Assembly: GCF_001194135.2 (NCBI RefSeq) | Contig: NC_069004.1 | Coordinates: forward strand, 13,267,166 to 13,330,828 | DNA from: Octopus bimaculoides | Lineage: Eukaryota | Direction: 5' to 3' | DNA length: 63,663 nt | Part shown: positions 35,922 to 49,472 of the stretch, one piece after another | Position numbering within the stretch: the first letter of the stretch is position 1 | How the letters are laid out: each line of letters starts with the position of its first letter | Position numbers and translations under genes: made by a program | Notes under the pieces: generated by a model | What the model was told of the DNA's origin: nothing | The model's database searches: none | What the model saw: only the letters and a program-made list of their open reading frames with translations

Positions 35922-38079
35922 GATTTTTGTCCAAATTTATCAAAAATCTTCCCATTCCATCCTTGTAGTTATAAAACTATATTAAAAAAAAATATACACA
36001 CACAACAAAAGAATGGAGGAGCCATTATTACTGAAATAGAGAAAGATTGGCAGTGAAAACAACTGTAAAGATAAATTTGTAATACATTGATTTCTCTACA
36101 GAAAATGGTATTTTTAGCTTCTCTAATTAATAATACTGATGATGATGATGATGATGATGATGAGTTCAGTCAAGCTTCAGAAGACTGAAAACAACTACAA
36201 GTCAATACTTGTAACCGTTTAAACATAGCTGTGAGATGTCTGTCTGTATGTCTGTCTCTCTCACACACATAGTTATGCTTTCTCTCGTGTGTACACACAT
36301 ATATATATACACACATAAGCCTGTTACAAATACATATACAGATGCACAAATAGAGAAACACATACAACTGCAAACACTTACTCACAAATAACCACATACA
36401 CACACAAATATTGATATATTCTTTTGTACATACACATACACCCATACACACAAACGTAAACAGATTTATTCATAGATGCACTTACATAAGTAGCTGCATT
36501 TATGCATACATGCAGACTCACAAACACAATATACATTCATCCACACAAATACACATACACCTACGTGTACACACACACACACACAAACAAACAAGCACAC
36601 ACATACAAACATGTACACACATGCATGCACACATACATTATCCAAGAAGGCAGAAGGCCATTAATATTTAGAAGCGGTGTAACAAAAAGATGGATGAGTG
36701 AGCTCATAGCTCTTGGAGTTCAAATACAGGGTGTATATTTCATTGTGTATTTGGGCACAACATGAAATCTTTTGACAGGAAGTTTTTCCCTAAAATGTGG
36801 TTAAACTTTGTTTCTTGCACAGAAGAGCTGTATTCTAGTCTCAGCCCCAAACAAAAACACTATTTGAATTACAGTAATGTGTGCTGATGCCATGCAAAAA
36901 GCACCCATGCGGGTGTCATGGAAAAAAAAAACACATGCCATCACCACAAAAGAAGGAACCCTGTTGGTACTATATAAGAAGCACCACATAATGCTAGTGC
37001 CACATAAAAAATGTGGTTGTGCCAGTACCATGTCAAACGTCTCCATGCCAGTGACACATAAAAGACACCTAGTACACTCTGTAAAGTGGTTGGCATTAGG
37101 AAGGGCATCCAGCTGTAGAAACCAAGCCAAAACACACAATTGGAGCCTGGTGCAGCCCTCAGCTTGTCAGCGCCCATCAAACTGTCCATCCCATTCCAGC
37201 ATAGAAAGCGGATGTCACATAATGATGACGATGATGTTGATATGGTGTTTAGGACTGGGCAACAGGTAGAGTCGCTTAAGGTGCAGGATTTTAAGAATAG
37301 AAAAAGATCACTGACAGACAAGGGTAGTTTACTAAACAGTTAGGAAATGTATGTCAGCTCAGGGCTGTGATGGCCCATTCAGGCCATATCATTCAGAGTG
37401 AAGTGTCCTATTCAGGAAGACAGCCCTGCAGTGACAATATGAATCTGATTCTTTTATTCTTCTACCTGTTTCAGTCATTTGACTGGCCATGCTGGAGCAC
37501 TGCCTTGAAGAGTTTTAGTTGAACAAATTAACCTGAGGACTTATTTTTTTTAAAGCCTAGTACTTATTCTATTGGTCTCTTGCTGAACTGCTAAGTTAAT
37601 TAGCAGTAAGTTTATCATCTTAGCCTAAACTAAGACTTCGATTAGATTAGGGTTGAATTTTTTCTATTAATACTGTTTAATATTTCTTTTTATTTTATGA
37701 GATAAATAACTAGTCTTTTTATTTAATTTCTTTGATTATACAATATAGTTAATTGTTTTATTATGACTTAAGTTATATAAAGTTTAATCTTTCATTCATA
37801 ATAAAATTTTCATTCATGTTTTTATATCTATTCATTCTATTCCTTTTCTTTACACAATATTTTCATGAGACTATTTTTTTATGTCTCTTTTTTTCAAGAA
37901 CAGCTTGATGTATTGGTGAACAGTCAACAATGTTGGAGAGCATAAATATAAAAGTTATACTTGAGAAAAAGTTAACCAACATGGAATGACTGAATATAGG
38001 AAAAGTTACCTGTATCATGATGATTTGTGTCATGACTGCTGTATGTTCTATGAACACAGTAAAGGCTGTAAGATAGGAC

Positions 38080-38570
38080 ATGGACATCATGAAAACCAAG
38101 TTCTCCCAGAACTGTGATGGTCTTTGGGTATCTTACCAGTGAGGGTGACATCATACCATCCCTCATCTCTGAACAGGGCCTTAGGTTTAATTCAGACAGC
38201 TATGTGAAACTGGTGCAGACTGCGGTCAAACCTTCACTGGAATGAGTTGCTGCTGGAAAGCTATGTGTGGCAGCAGGATTTGGATCCTTGCCATACCAGA
38301 AGTGGTTGTCAGAGGATTTCTACGACATCACCAGTCCTGATTTTTGACCTTTTAATTCCTCCATTTGTAATCCCATGGATTACTTTGTGTAGGGCATGGT
38401 TGAGAAAGACACCAACCGCTCTGCCTGCAACATTAAGGGTGAGCCAGTGTTGAAGATCAAGGAAGTGTTCTAAGACCATCCTGGGGACACAAAGAAGAAT
38501 GCATGTATCAGGTTCCAGAACCATCTTGAGGCCATTGGTGGATGCTGAAGATGGCTACAATACTTTTATT
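38080..38570 (+). mobile_element. Decayed Tc1/mariner transposase C-terminal half (maT/DD37D-like)
   Basis: MKTKFPRTVMVFG..SEG, YVWQQDLDPCHT, CNPMDYFV*GMVEKDTN and ACIRFQNHLEA. Confidence 0.75.
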
Positions 38571-38776
38571 TTTGGATGAGATATTGTTTACTTTTCCTTT
38601 TATGCAAACTGTCAAATTTAGCCCAAATATCCTGTATGTACTACAACACAGAACCACATTATATCACATAATCTAGCACCATACAACACTACAATACATC
38701 TCCCTGTGCTACTAGAAAATACTGCAGTGTAATATTTATAATTTGACAGATATTTGTCCTCATCTTGTTTGTTGTT

Positions 38777-38816
38777 AACACAACGTTTCAGCTGATATAC
38801 CTGCTAGCCTTCATCA
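38777..38816 (-). ncRNA. 5'-truncated hammerhead-like motif in the inverted arm
   Basis: Reverse complement reads TGATGA A GGCTAGCAGGTATATCAGCT GAAA CGTT GTGTT; it lacks C3 and the 5' strand of stem I. Confidence 0.45.
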
Positions 38817-38980
38817 CGGACATATGGCATAGTGGTTAAGAGCGCGGACTACTAACCCCAAGATTCCGAGTTCGATTCCAAGCAGTGACCTGAACAACAA
38901 CAACAACAACAACAACAATAATAATAATAACATCGAAAAATACCTTAAGAATGAGAACCCAGGTTCAAAATTTTCCCAAA

Positions 38981-39023
38981 GACACCTGATGAAGGCTGGA
39001 GGGTATATCAGCCGAAACGTGTT
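38981..39023 (+). ncRNA. Minimal type I hammerhead-ribozyme-like motif
   Basis: GACAC-CTGATGA-A-GGCTG(gagggtatat)CAGCC-GAAA-CGTGTT. Core boxes and stem II are intact, but 3 nt are missing at the cleavage site relative to the inverted arm. Confidence 0.6.
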
Positions 39024-41265
39024 AACAACAAACAAGATGAGAACAAATATCTGTCAAATGTAAATAATGTACACAATTCCTCATCTATTAAATATAGAAC
39101 TGTACTGCAGTGTAATGGTAAAAACAGACATGTTTGATATTTAGTTGAATTGTTGATACCACTATATGTGAAGGTATATGGCTCAGTGGTTAAAGCATTG
39201 GGTTTACAATCATGAGAATGTGAGTTTGATTCCTGAATAGGGCTGTGTGCTGTGTTATTGAGCAAGATTCTTTAATTCCCATCGCTCCAGTTCATTCAGC
39301 TGTCTGTAGAGATGAGTTGTAATGTCACTGGTGGTATCAGCTTTTGCCTTTCCCTTGAAAACATCAGTGGCACAGAGAGAGGAGACTGGTATGCAATGGT
39401 GACTGCTGTTCTTGCATAAACAATCTTGCTCAGACTTGTGCCTCGGAAGGGAACTTTCTAGGTGTAAACCTATGGTCATTCATGACCAAAGGTTGGGGGT
39501 GTCTTTACCCTTTACTTACAACTAAATATGAACTATGGTAATGTTGATGCCATTAGATTTACTGTTGTGAGTATTAATACCCCTGTGTTCTTCAGATGCA
39601 GTATGGCCAAATTGGTTAAGAAGTTCACTTTGCAATCACAAGTTCCTGGGTTCAAACTCACTGTTTGACATCTCAGACAAGTATCTCTTATCACAACCTT
39701 GGGCCAACCCAAACCTTGTGAGGGAAATCAGATATACATGAACTGTGTGGAAGTTTGTCAGGTGGATTATTCCACACATCTTTGAAAGCACAGAACCAGC
39801 AAAGAATTTATTGATGGGGAAAGGACGACAACCATCAATGTCTATAATACAAGGGTTTTACATGCAAAATGTACAGAATGCAACATTTATTCAAGCCAAG
39901 CATGCATACATACACAACAAACTTCTTACAGTTTCTATCTACCAAATTCACTCACACGATATTGGCTGGCTGACGGCTAGAGTGGAAGTCACCTGCCCAC
40001 ACTGGACTAGACACATGCTACCTTTTGACAAGGTATAGCACCCAACAACTATCTGGCCCTAGATCACAAATAAAGCCTAGGGAAATTGTAGTTGTCGCCA
40101 GTGCCGCTGACATGTAAAAGGCACCTGTGCTGGTGATACATGAAAAGCACCTGTGCCAGTGAAATGTGAGGGACACCCATGTCAGTGATGTGTAAAGGAT
40201 ACTCATGCTGGGGATGTGTGCAAGGCACCCACACTGGTGACACGTGAGAGGTGCCCATGTTAGGGACCTATGAAGGGTACTTGTGCCAATATTTTTGTCT
40301 TGGGACACTGATAATAGTGAGATCATGAGAAGCAGCACAAGTGAAAGTTCTTCTCATCTGTATTGTTGCTTAAGAAGTAAAGTGATGCCATTACACATCA
40401 GCTTGTCTGCATGACATGATGATGCTGAAAATAACAGCTCAATCACATTCAAACCTCATCTTACAATCTTCAATAAGGATATATATTGGACAATGTAGTT
40501 CTTGATATAGAAAGAAGATGGAATGGACCTTCTTATATAAACAATGAGAACACTGTTGCTGCTGCTGCTATTACTACTACTGCTATGGACGATATTTCAA
40601 AAGCAAGCAAGCCAATTAATGTTTAATTTCAATTAAATGGATGCACTATTCTCTATAATTAACAAAATATCATAATTTTTCAGTTGGGGACACATTAGTA
40701 ATACAATATACTACTAATACAAAGTACAGTGAGTCTATTATGAAATAAACACTACAAAGGAAGACTGAATTGTATAAGATAGCATGACAGAAACCAAGTT
40801 TTCTCCATGTTTATAGTTTACAAGGAAACAATCACAATCAAACTAGATACTGAAAGCAAAAAGCTGCTTTATAGAAACATTAGAAAAAAAAAATTGGAAG
40901 TAAAACTCAGAAAAGACACAAAAGAAATAATGAATTTTTTTGGATTTTTTTTTTTTTGTTGTAAATAATAATTTCATTTAGACAGTAACAAAAATAATGG
41001 AAAGAAAGAAGTCTCCAAGGTTAGTATAATGCAAGAACAGACATTGGTGAAGAGTAATCAATAGGCGAGAGAACAATGGGTTGAAAACTTTGGACTCGAT
41101 TCAGAAATACAACATCAATGTCTTGGCATAAAACAACAACTAAAAATAAAATGATAAAAGGTTAATTAACAATTGTAGATTATGTAACGAAGAGAAAGAA
41201 ATAAGTACATCATTTCCAACTGTCCAGTCTTTGCACAGACAGAATAAATTGTTGAATAAGTTGTT

Positions 41266-41942
41266 GTTTAACAAGCTAACTGGCTAATCATGACACCAGC
41301 ACCTGTTTGGCATTGGCATTCCATATATCAATGGTGGGGGGATGATTCACTGCTGTCTCTAGCAGTCAAGTGTCCATCATTGACAAGACCAAACAAGTTC
41401 AAAACCACGTGGTCTGGTGGTCTTGGTGCTGGAGAGGTCAAGGATTTATCTGACCACTAGTTATATAAACAAGGGTGCATTTTGCACCAAAATAGCTAAT
41501 ACGAGGGTTTCTCTCATGGAATCTACTGCAATAAAGTTTCTTCTAATAGAACATCCATGTTTGAGTGAGGATAAATACTACCTCTTGTTATTAATATTGC
41601 CTCTGTTGCTAATATATTTTGTTTAATAAGCTAACTGGCTAATTGTGACACTAGCGTCTGTTCTGGCACTGTTTTTCTATAATTTGCTGGCAAGGAGACG
41701 AATTACTGCTGCTTCTAGTGATTGAGTATCCATCATTGACAAAACCAAACAAGATTGAAACCACATGATCTGGAGATCTTGGTGCTGGAAATGGTAGGAA
41801 TTTATCTCCCTGCTAGCAATATAAACAAGAGTGCATTTTGCACCAAAAAACCAATATAAGAGTTTCACTCATGGTATCTACTGCAGTATAACTTGTTCTA
41901 ACAGAACATCTACGTTCAAGTGGTGATAAATATTATCTCTCA
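41266..41942. repeat. Two-copy direct duplication, period about 355 bp
   Basis: Units 41266-41590 and 41621-41942 align along their length, e.g. 'aagctaactggctaat' and 'gtgcattttgcaccaaaa'. Confidence 0.85.
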
Positions 41943-43382
41943 CTGCTTAGATCCAGGTTAGCTCCAAGATCTATGTTCAGAGTATTCCAGCCATGACTAT
42001 CTGTTTTATTTCAAAATATAATGCATCTTAAACATATCTATATCTTTTACGTGTTTCAGTTACTACACGGTTGCCAGACTGGGGCACTACACTGAAGAAT
42101 TTTTAGTCAAAAGAATCGACCTTAATAATTATTTTTTTAAAATACTGGTACTTATTTTATCGGTCTCTTTTGCCAAACCGCTAAGTTATGCAGATGTAAA
42201 CACACCACACTGGCTGTCATGTATTAGTGGGGAACAAACACTGACACAAAGACACACACAAAAATATTCATATATATGATGGGCTTCTTTCAGTCTCCAT
42301 CTACCAAACCCACTCACAAAACTTTGGTTGGCCCAAGGCCATAGAAGACAGTTGGCTAAGGTGCCACAGAGTGGGACTGAACCTGGAAACATGTAGTTGG
42401 GAAGCACACTTCTTACCACATAACCATGTCTGCACCTATATCACCATCATCATCGTTTTAACATGCACTACGTGCTGCATTTACATGGGTCAAATGTAAA
42501 TGCTGCACGTAGTGAGCATGGGTGGAGAGAAAGAGTGATGGTAAGATGGGTTAAGGGAAGGCGGAGAGCTGGCAGAAGCGTTAGCACGCCGGGCGAAATG
42601 CTATTTCGTCTGCCATTACATTCTGAGTTCAAATTCCACTGAGGTCAACTTTGCCTTTCGTTCTTTCAGGGTCGATAAATTAAATACCAGTTACACACTG
42701 GAGTCGATTCTAATCAACTTAATCCCTTTGTCTGTCCTTGTTTGTCCCCTCTATGTTTAGCCGCATGTGGGCAATAAAGAAATAAGATGGCTTGAGGGAA
42801 GGTTTGTCAGTGGGGTGGGGGTAAATACTGTTAAAATGCCTTGTCATAATGGCTACAATGTCAGCAATGTGGGCTAAAAGCTATCTCAGTGTAGATAACA
42901 TACTGCATTAACCCTTTAGAATTTGAACTCAAAATGTAACAATAGATGAAATGCCAGTAAGCATTTTGCTTGATATGCTAACGATTCTGCCAGCTTACTG
43001 CCTCATATGCTGTTTATAATTTAGAATACTGTCATGTAGAATGGATGATAATAAAAGGAAGAGTGAGAGAGGGAGAGAGAGAGAGAGCGAGAACTTGGTT
43101 GATGATGTTTGTAATCAGAGAGCTTTGTTTTAGTTCGTTATTTCATTAATTCTACAACAATAACAATTGTTTCTCATTCAGGCACATGGCCAGTAATTTC
43201 AATGGGTGAGAAGAGTTAGTTGATACAATCGATCCCAGTAATTTTTTTTTTTCCAAGGCTCTACCGTGTCTGTTTGTTCATTGCCTTTAAATAATTATTC
43301 CTGATTTAAACATAAGTCCACTAATTCAGAGGGAAGTGGTTAATCAATTACATCAACTGTAGCAATTGACAGGCACCTTATA

Positions 43383-43594
43383 CAGGGTAATTCAAAATGA
43401 ATGGTACAACAAGAAAACGTACATGCAGGTGTTGTAATGAAGATATTGCAACAATACAGATGCAACGTAAAAGGTCAACCTTTCAAGTTCCTACTGACAG
43501 TCACACATGTCACATCTGCGTTTTTGCAATATATTCATTATAGCACTCACTGGTACGTTTTCTTTTTTTGTACCATTCATTGTGAATTACCCTG
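43383..43594. mobile_element. Tc1/mariner-type MITE
   Basis: TA flanks; 27-bp TIR CAGGGTAATTCA(A/C)AATGAATGGTACAA with one mismatch. Confidence 0.9.
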
Positions 43595-43599
43595 TATTA

Positions 43600-44530
43600 C
43601 GCAGTGTAACAAGATTTTTGTCCTTGGGTAGCAACTGTTATTTACTATTTGCTTGCCCTTGGAAAGTATGAAAAATGGCTAATATTTCCTTCAAACTTTG
43701 CTTTCCTTACATTTATTCAAATCCCAAAGAGTCTTTCTCAACACATGGCTATGATGCTCTCCTTCACTCCTGCTCACTGTGTAACACGATTTTTGTCCTT
43801 GGGTAGCAACTGTTATTTCTTATTTGCTTACCCCTAGAAAGTGGAGGTGCAATGGCCTAGTGGTTAGGGCAGCGGACTCGCGGCCATAGGATCGCGGTTT
43901 TGATTCCCAGACCGGGCGTTGTGAGTGTTTATTGAGCGAAAACACCTAAAGCTCCACGAGGCTCCGGAAGGGGATGGTGGCAAACCCTGCTGTACTCTTT
44001 CACCACAACTTTCTCTCACTCTTTCTCCCTCTTTCTGTTGTACCTGTATTTCAAAGGGTCAGCCTTGTCACACTGTGTCACGCTGAATATCCCCGAGAAC
44101 TACGTTAAGGGTACACGTGTCTGTGGAGTGCTCAGCCACTTGCACGTTAATTTCAAGAGCAGGCTGTTCCTTTGATCGGATCAACTGGAACCCTTGACGT
44201 CGTAAGCAATGGAGTGCCAACAACAACCCCTAGAAACTATTAAAAAAATGGCTAATATTTCCTTCAAACTTTGCTTTCCTTACATCTATTCAAACCTCAA
44301 AGAATCCCTCTCAACACATGGCTATGATGCTCCCCCTTTACTCCTGCTCACTGTGTAATATGACTTTTGTCCTTGGATAGCAAGTGTTATTTCTTATTTG
44401 CTTACCCCTAGAAACTATAAAAAAATGGCTAATATTCCCTTCAAACTTTGCTTTTGCTATGTTTATTCAAAACAGAAAGAATCCCTCAACATATGGCTAT
44501 GATGGTCCCCCATTACTTCTGCTCATCATC
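43600..44530 (+). repeat. Tandem array of a unit of about 175-180 bp (2 full and 2 partial units) interrupted by a SINE
   Basis: 'aaaatggctaatatttccttcaaactttgc' recurs near 43672, 44245 and 44422. Confidence 0.85.
43841..44225 (+). mobile_element. Full-length family D SINE with 11-bp TSD
   Basis: ACCCCTAGAAA at 43830-43840 and 44226-44236; A/B boxes and (CAA)n tail. Confidence 0.92.
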
Positions 44531-47384
44531 AGAACTGCAAATATTGTCAGCCACTAAGTGGACAAGCTCAACTGGTTACAGTCAAGCAACTGACAAGCAA
44601 ATCTGTGGTACTGAGCAGAGTATTCACTTAAACGATATTTCTGCTTCAGCAACTCAGCACTGAATCTGTTTGAAATGTAATGGAAAATATATCAGTTTTA
44701 AAACATTGATGTCCAGGTCAGAAAAGCAAAGCTTGAAGAAAATGGAAGTGATTTCATTGAATTTCTAGATAGAAGCAAATAGGAAAAAAACACTTACTGA
44801 CCAGAGACAAAAAAATTAAAATTTTGTAACACGGTGTTATTCCCCACTTCCCCCATCAAGGATGAAAGGTAAAGTTGACATAAGTGGGATTTGAACTCAG
44901 GAAAATGAAGAGCTTGAAACAAATATTGCATAGTATTTTGTCTGGTACTCTACTGATTCAGCCACCCGACCATCTTCGGAGAAATTTGGTTTTGGTCCAA
45001 TATTTCATAAACATTGTAATAATGTTATTGGACAGCGCTCAATATTTCATCAATACTATGAAAGGTGGTGGTGGTGGTGATGGTTATAGCTAAAGAGTCG
45101 CTGTAGTCAATTTGGCTAATGTGTGTGTATGCACAAACACACACAAATGTATTGATTGATGTAAAAAGATGAGGACGTGTTGTAGTTAGTGTAGACAAAA
45201 TAAGTGATGGCAATATATGGTGAGGTGTGATGGGTGCATGTGTGTGTGTGTGCCACAATGCAGTTGGTGTGATGTGGTGCAGTGTATTGTATGTGGTACA
45301 ATGTGGTGTAATGATTATGTTGCGTAGTGTAAGACAAATTGAGTTAAGATCATCATCAACATTTAATGTCCATTCTCCATGCTGGCATGGGTTGGATGGT
45401 TTGACAGAAGCTGGTAAGGCTGGAGGCTGAACCAGGATCCATTGTCTGTTTTGGAATAGTTTCTATGGCTGGATGCCTTTCCTAATGCCATTGATGCTTT
45501 TTATGTGGCACCAGAATCAGTGCTTTTTACGTGGCACCGTCACCAGTGCTTTTTACGTGGCCCCATCACCAGTGCTTTTTATGTGGCACCAGTGCTTATT
45601 ATGAGACACCAATACCAGTGCTTTTTACATGACACAAGCGCTGGTGCATTTTACATGGCGCCAGCATCAGTATTTCTGCTGTGAACGGGTAGGATATTGT
45701 TGATTATACAGACCCTGCATATATTGACAACAAGTTTCAACACAGCTCCTGTCTACCAAATTCATTATCGAGGCATTGGTCAACCCTGGGGCTAAAATAG
45801 AAGACACTTGCTTTAGGTGCCATGCCACGTGACTGAACCTGAATCATGTAGTTGCACTTTGAGCTTCTTAACTATACAACCATGCCTGCAGCTCATGTAA
45901 TCAGGGAAGGAAGGGCCAGTGTCCTCGAGCCTTTCTTTCAGGAATTCCAAGACTAGGAGAAGGAAAGGAGGAAGTTATCCTCCGACACAAAACCTGATAA
46001 GAATGCTTGCAACATGATGCACCACACAAAAGGTACCCAAGGACAAGTGGTGGCAGATTAAATCTACCACCCAAGAGCAGAGAACACAGAGAATTAGAAT
46101 AAATACCACAAGGTACCTATTTGATATGCTAATAATTTTATCATTCCAATATGCTAGACTGATATTTTATTGTCTTTCTTCAAGACAGCAGAGATTGATT
46201 TGAGGAGGTCTGACTGCTATTTCTATTAGATCAAGCAACTATATATTGAGATAGGATACTGCTGATTATTTAGACCCCCACCCCACCCTAGCACTTGACT
46301 GGTATTTTATTTTAATCAACCTCAGAAAGAAAGGCAAAACTGATTCTACTGGGATTTGAACTCATAATGTTAACTAACTGGCACTGTGAGTTAAAATAAT
46401 GAGGGTTCCAGTTGATCCAATCAACAGAACAGCCTGCTTGTGAAATTAACGTGCAAGTGGCTGAGCACTCCACAGACATACGTACACTTAATGCACATAT
46501 GTCTGTGATACACAGAATATAACAAGGCTGGCTTTTTGAAATACAGGTACAACTCATTTCTGTCTGCTGAGTGGAGTGAGGTAACATAAAATAAAGTGTC
46601 TTGCTCAACAGCACAACGCACTGTCGAGTATCGAACTGACAACCTTACAACTGTGAGCCAAATAACCTAACCACTAAGCCACACACCTTTACTCAGAGTG
46701 TTAAGAGCCAGAACAAATACTGCAAAGCAATTTTCCTGATACTTTAATGATTCTACTACAACACCTTTAAATGTTTCTAATTTAGACACAAAGTCGGTAA
46801 TCCTGAAGGAAGTATGGGGGTGGTTTAATTAATTATAGCAATTAACCATTCCCCTTCAATAAAATAAAGGGCTGGTACTGGATTGCTACTCCATTTTATT
46901 AAAACTAGAAGGAAGGAGACTTCAATGCAAACAGCTAAAAGAAATGACACAAAGCATTTGTCTGAGGCTCTTGCATCAGGACAAGGCCACTAAATTCAAA
47001 AGGGAGGTATAAATGATTAAGCTAATGACTCACAGTATTTTCCAGGCTTCCAATGATTCTGTGACCTAATCTTCTTATGTTTAAAGTATGCCGCACCCTT
47101 GTTTTTACTTCAAAGAAGAATATAAAGGTTTCTTTGTTGAATGTTGATTTGCTTTGTCATTCTATCTAGGTATTCTATTTCTGACACACTCCAACTACAA
47201 CGACAGTATGTGACCTAGCAAAGATACTTCTTGTACTTTAACACGGAAGCTTTCATAACCTTGTACAGAAGCCTGTATTCAGTCATTCAAACTGAAGCTA
47301 AATCTTCCTCAAATACTACCATCACCTGGTTTTAACTTTTTTTTTTTTTTTTGTTTCATCATCATTATTATTATTGCCATTTAA

Positions 47385-47594
47385 CCGTTAGTGTTTAAAA
47401 TCAGCCCCATCTAAGCTCAAATATTCCACTTACTTTATGTTTGAACTGGCTAGATCTGGCCTCTAATACTTACCCTCCAATGTCGTTCTAAAAATAAACA
47501 ACCACATCATTGAAATCACAAAGCAACAAGATAATTTAAAACAATGTGAATAAATAAGCATTACATGTGACAAAGTAATCCAAATGCTAAAGGG
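47385..47594. mobile_element. piggyBac-type MITE, second copy
   Basis: TTAA flanks at 47381-84 and 47595-98; body homologous to 25776-25993. Confidence 0.75.
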
Positions 47595-48415
47595 TTAATG
47601 TGTGTTTTTCATACTGGGACGGGTTAAGACGGATTGTTCAACAGGAGCTGGCAAGCTGTTTGACTGCACCAACGCCAATGTCTGCTTCAGCATAGTTTCT
47701 ATATAGATGGATGCCTTTCCTAATGCCATCTGATTTTACAGAGTGTACTGGGTGGTTTTTATATAACACTGGCACCAGTGAGATTGGCAAGTAACTCACA
47801 AGACAAGCTTCTTCAACTGAGGTAGGGTGTAGTATTCAGGTAGATGGCTTTATGCCAAGTGATGAGAGGTAAATGTAAGATACAGGCATACGAACAGGTG
47901 CTTTGCTGTAGGGGCGAGGTATCTTTTATCTTTTAATTGTTTTAGTTATTATGAACATAGCATAGGTCTGTTTGATCAGAGCCAACATAAAGCTACACAA
48001 CAACAAGGACTTATTACATAGACACTGCACCTCCATTCTTGTTCATCACCAGGACAGTCATGGCTAGATTGTTTCTGATCAAATGTCTGCTCAGTCAGAA
48101 TTGACCTGGGGCTAAACAACAAGGGTTATACTTAAATCTATTGATAGCACAATACACAAGAGGTGTATATTTTATCGAACACTGAAGAAAGAAAGACAAA
48201 GACGACCCAAACAAGATTTTAACATGAAATGCAGGACTAAAAAGTATTAAGTCTGGTTGGTACTTAACTATTTCAGTCTTTAACCATTTGTTACTCTCTC
48301 CTCACACTCTTATGAAAATACCCATTCTCTTTCCATGATTTCCTCTTCATATCAGTTTGCTCATCCACTTCTGAACTACTCCCACCCCCACATATATAAT
48401 GCATTTCCTCTATAG

Positions 48416-48852
48416 CAGTGTTTCTCAACCTTTTTATCTTTGCGTATCCCTTGAAATAAATTACATGTCTCAAGGAACCCCTGCACAAAAAAAAGACTAT
48501 ATATCATATCTTTCTCATATTTTCTTCATTGTAGTTCACATGGTAATTGTTTAACGTCCGCTTTCCATGCTAGCATGGGTTGGACGATTGGAACCAGATG
48601 GCTGCACTAGGTTCCAATCTGATTTGACAGAGTTTCTACAGCTGGATGCCTTTCCTAATGCCAACCACTCCGAGAGTGTAGTGGGTGCTTTTATGTGCCA
48701 CTGGCATGAGGGCCAGTCAGGCGGTACTGGCAACAGCCATGCTCAAATGGTGTTTTTTTTACATGCCACCTGCACAGGGGTCAGTCCAGCAGCACTGGCA
48801 ACAATCACGCTCGGATGGTGCTCTTAGCGCTCCACTAGCACAGTCATCGAAT

Positions 48853-48913
<61 letters not shown>

Positions 48914-49164
48914 ACCATAAATTTACATAAATGCATAAATTACATAAATTACAGACATCACTAAATATATCCTCAACAGTTGTTATATTTTTTGATAACA
49001 TAAGTTAAATAGGATGATGTCTTTATAACAATATTACAATAACCAATATGTTGTGCATATATAGTAATATTACGATCATGAAATTAGCATTAGCTTACCT
49101 CACTATTTCTTGTGGAACCCCTAGGAACCCTAAGGTTCCAGGGAACCCCAGCTGAGAAATGCTG
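48416..49164. mobile_element. hAT (Charlie-like) MITE containing a nested family E element and (TA)n
   Basis: Perfect 8-bp TSD CTCTATAG at 48408-15 and 49165-72; TIRs CAGTGTTTCTCAAC / GCTGAGAAATGCTG. Confidence 0.9.
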
Positions 49165-49208
49165 CTCTATAGCAAGACACTGTCTTGTCCCTCAATCATA
49201 CTTTAGCT

Positions 49209-49472
49209 CAGTGATTCTCAACCATTTTTTACCTATGGAACCCCTTTGGTTCCTATTCTACTCTCCTGGAACTCAATAGCCATTCAATGGATATATTAAT
49301 AAAAAATCTTACTGTATTTTTATATAATTAAATGTTATTAGGAATTGTATCAAAAATTGTTAAAAAATTTTGTGTACTGTAGAAGTCTAAGCAATTCATT
49401 GCACATAAATTTTAAAAACAAAATTCTATGTGAACCCTTGAGGGTCATATGGACCTTAGTTGAGGACCACTG
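49209..49472. mobile_element. Second hAT MITE
   Basis: TIRs CAGTGATTCTCAA / TTGAGGACCACTG; flanks CTTTAGCT / CTTTAACC match at 6 of 8 positions. Confidence 0.75.

Larger units (their letters stand above)
38734..39102 (+). mobile_element. Composite tRNA-headed SINE with hammerhead-like tail and inverted 5' arm (copy B), 14-bp TSD
   Basis: TACTGCAGTGTAAT at 38720-38733 and 39103-39116. Head from 38817 has A box TGGCATAGTGG and B box GAGTTCGATTCC. 38741-38816 is an inverted copy of about 38987-39060. Confidence 0.88.

Noticed and set aside
37600-37860. Very AT-rich stretch suggesting a mitochondrial insertion
   Set aside because: I could not identify any mitochondrial gene or tRNA under the invertebrate code; a BLAST against the mitogenome would settle it.
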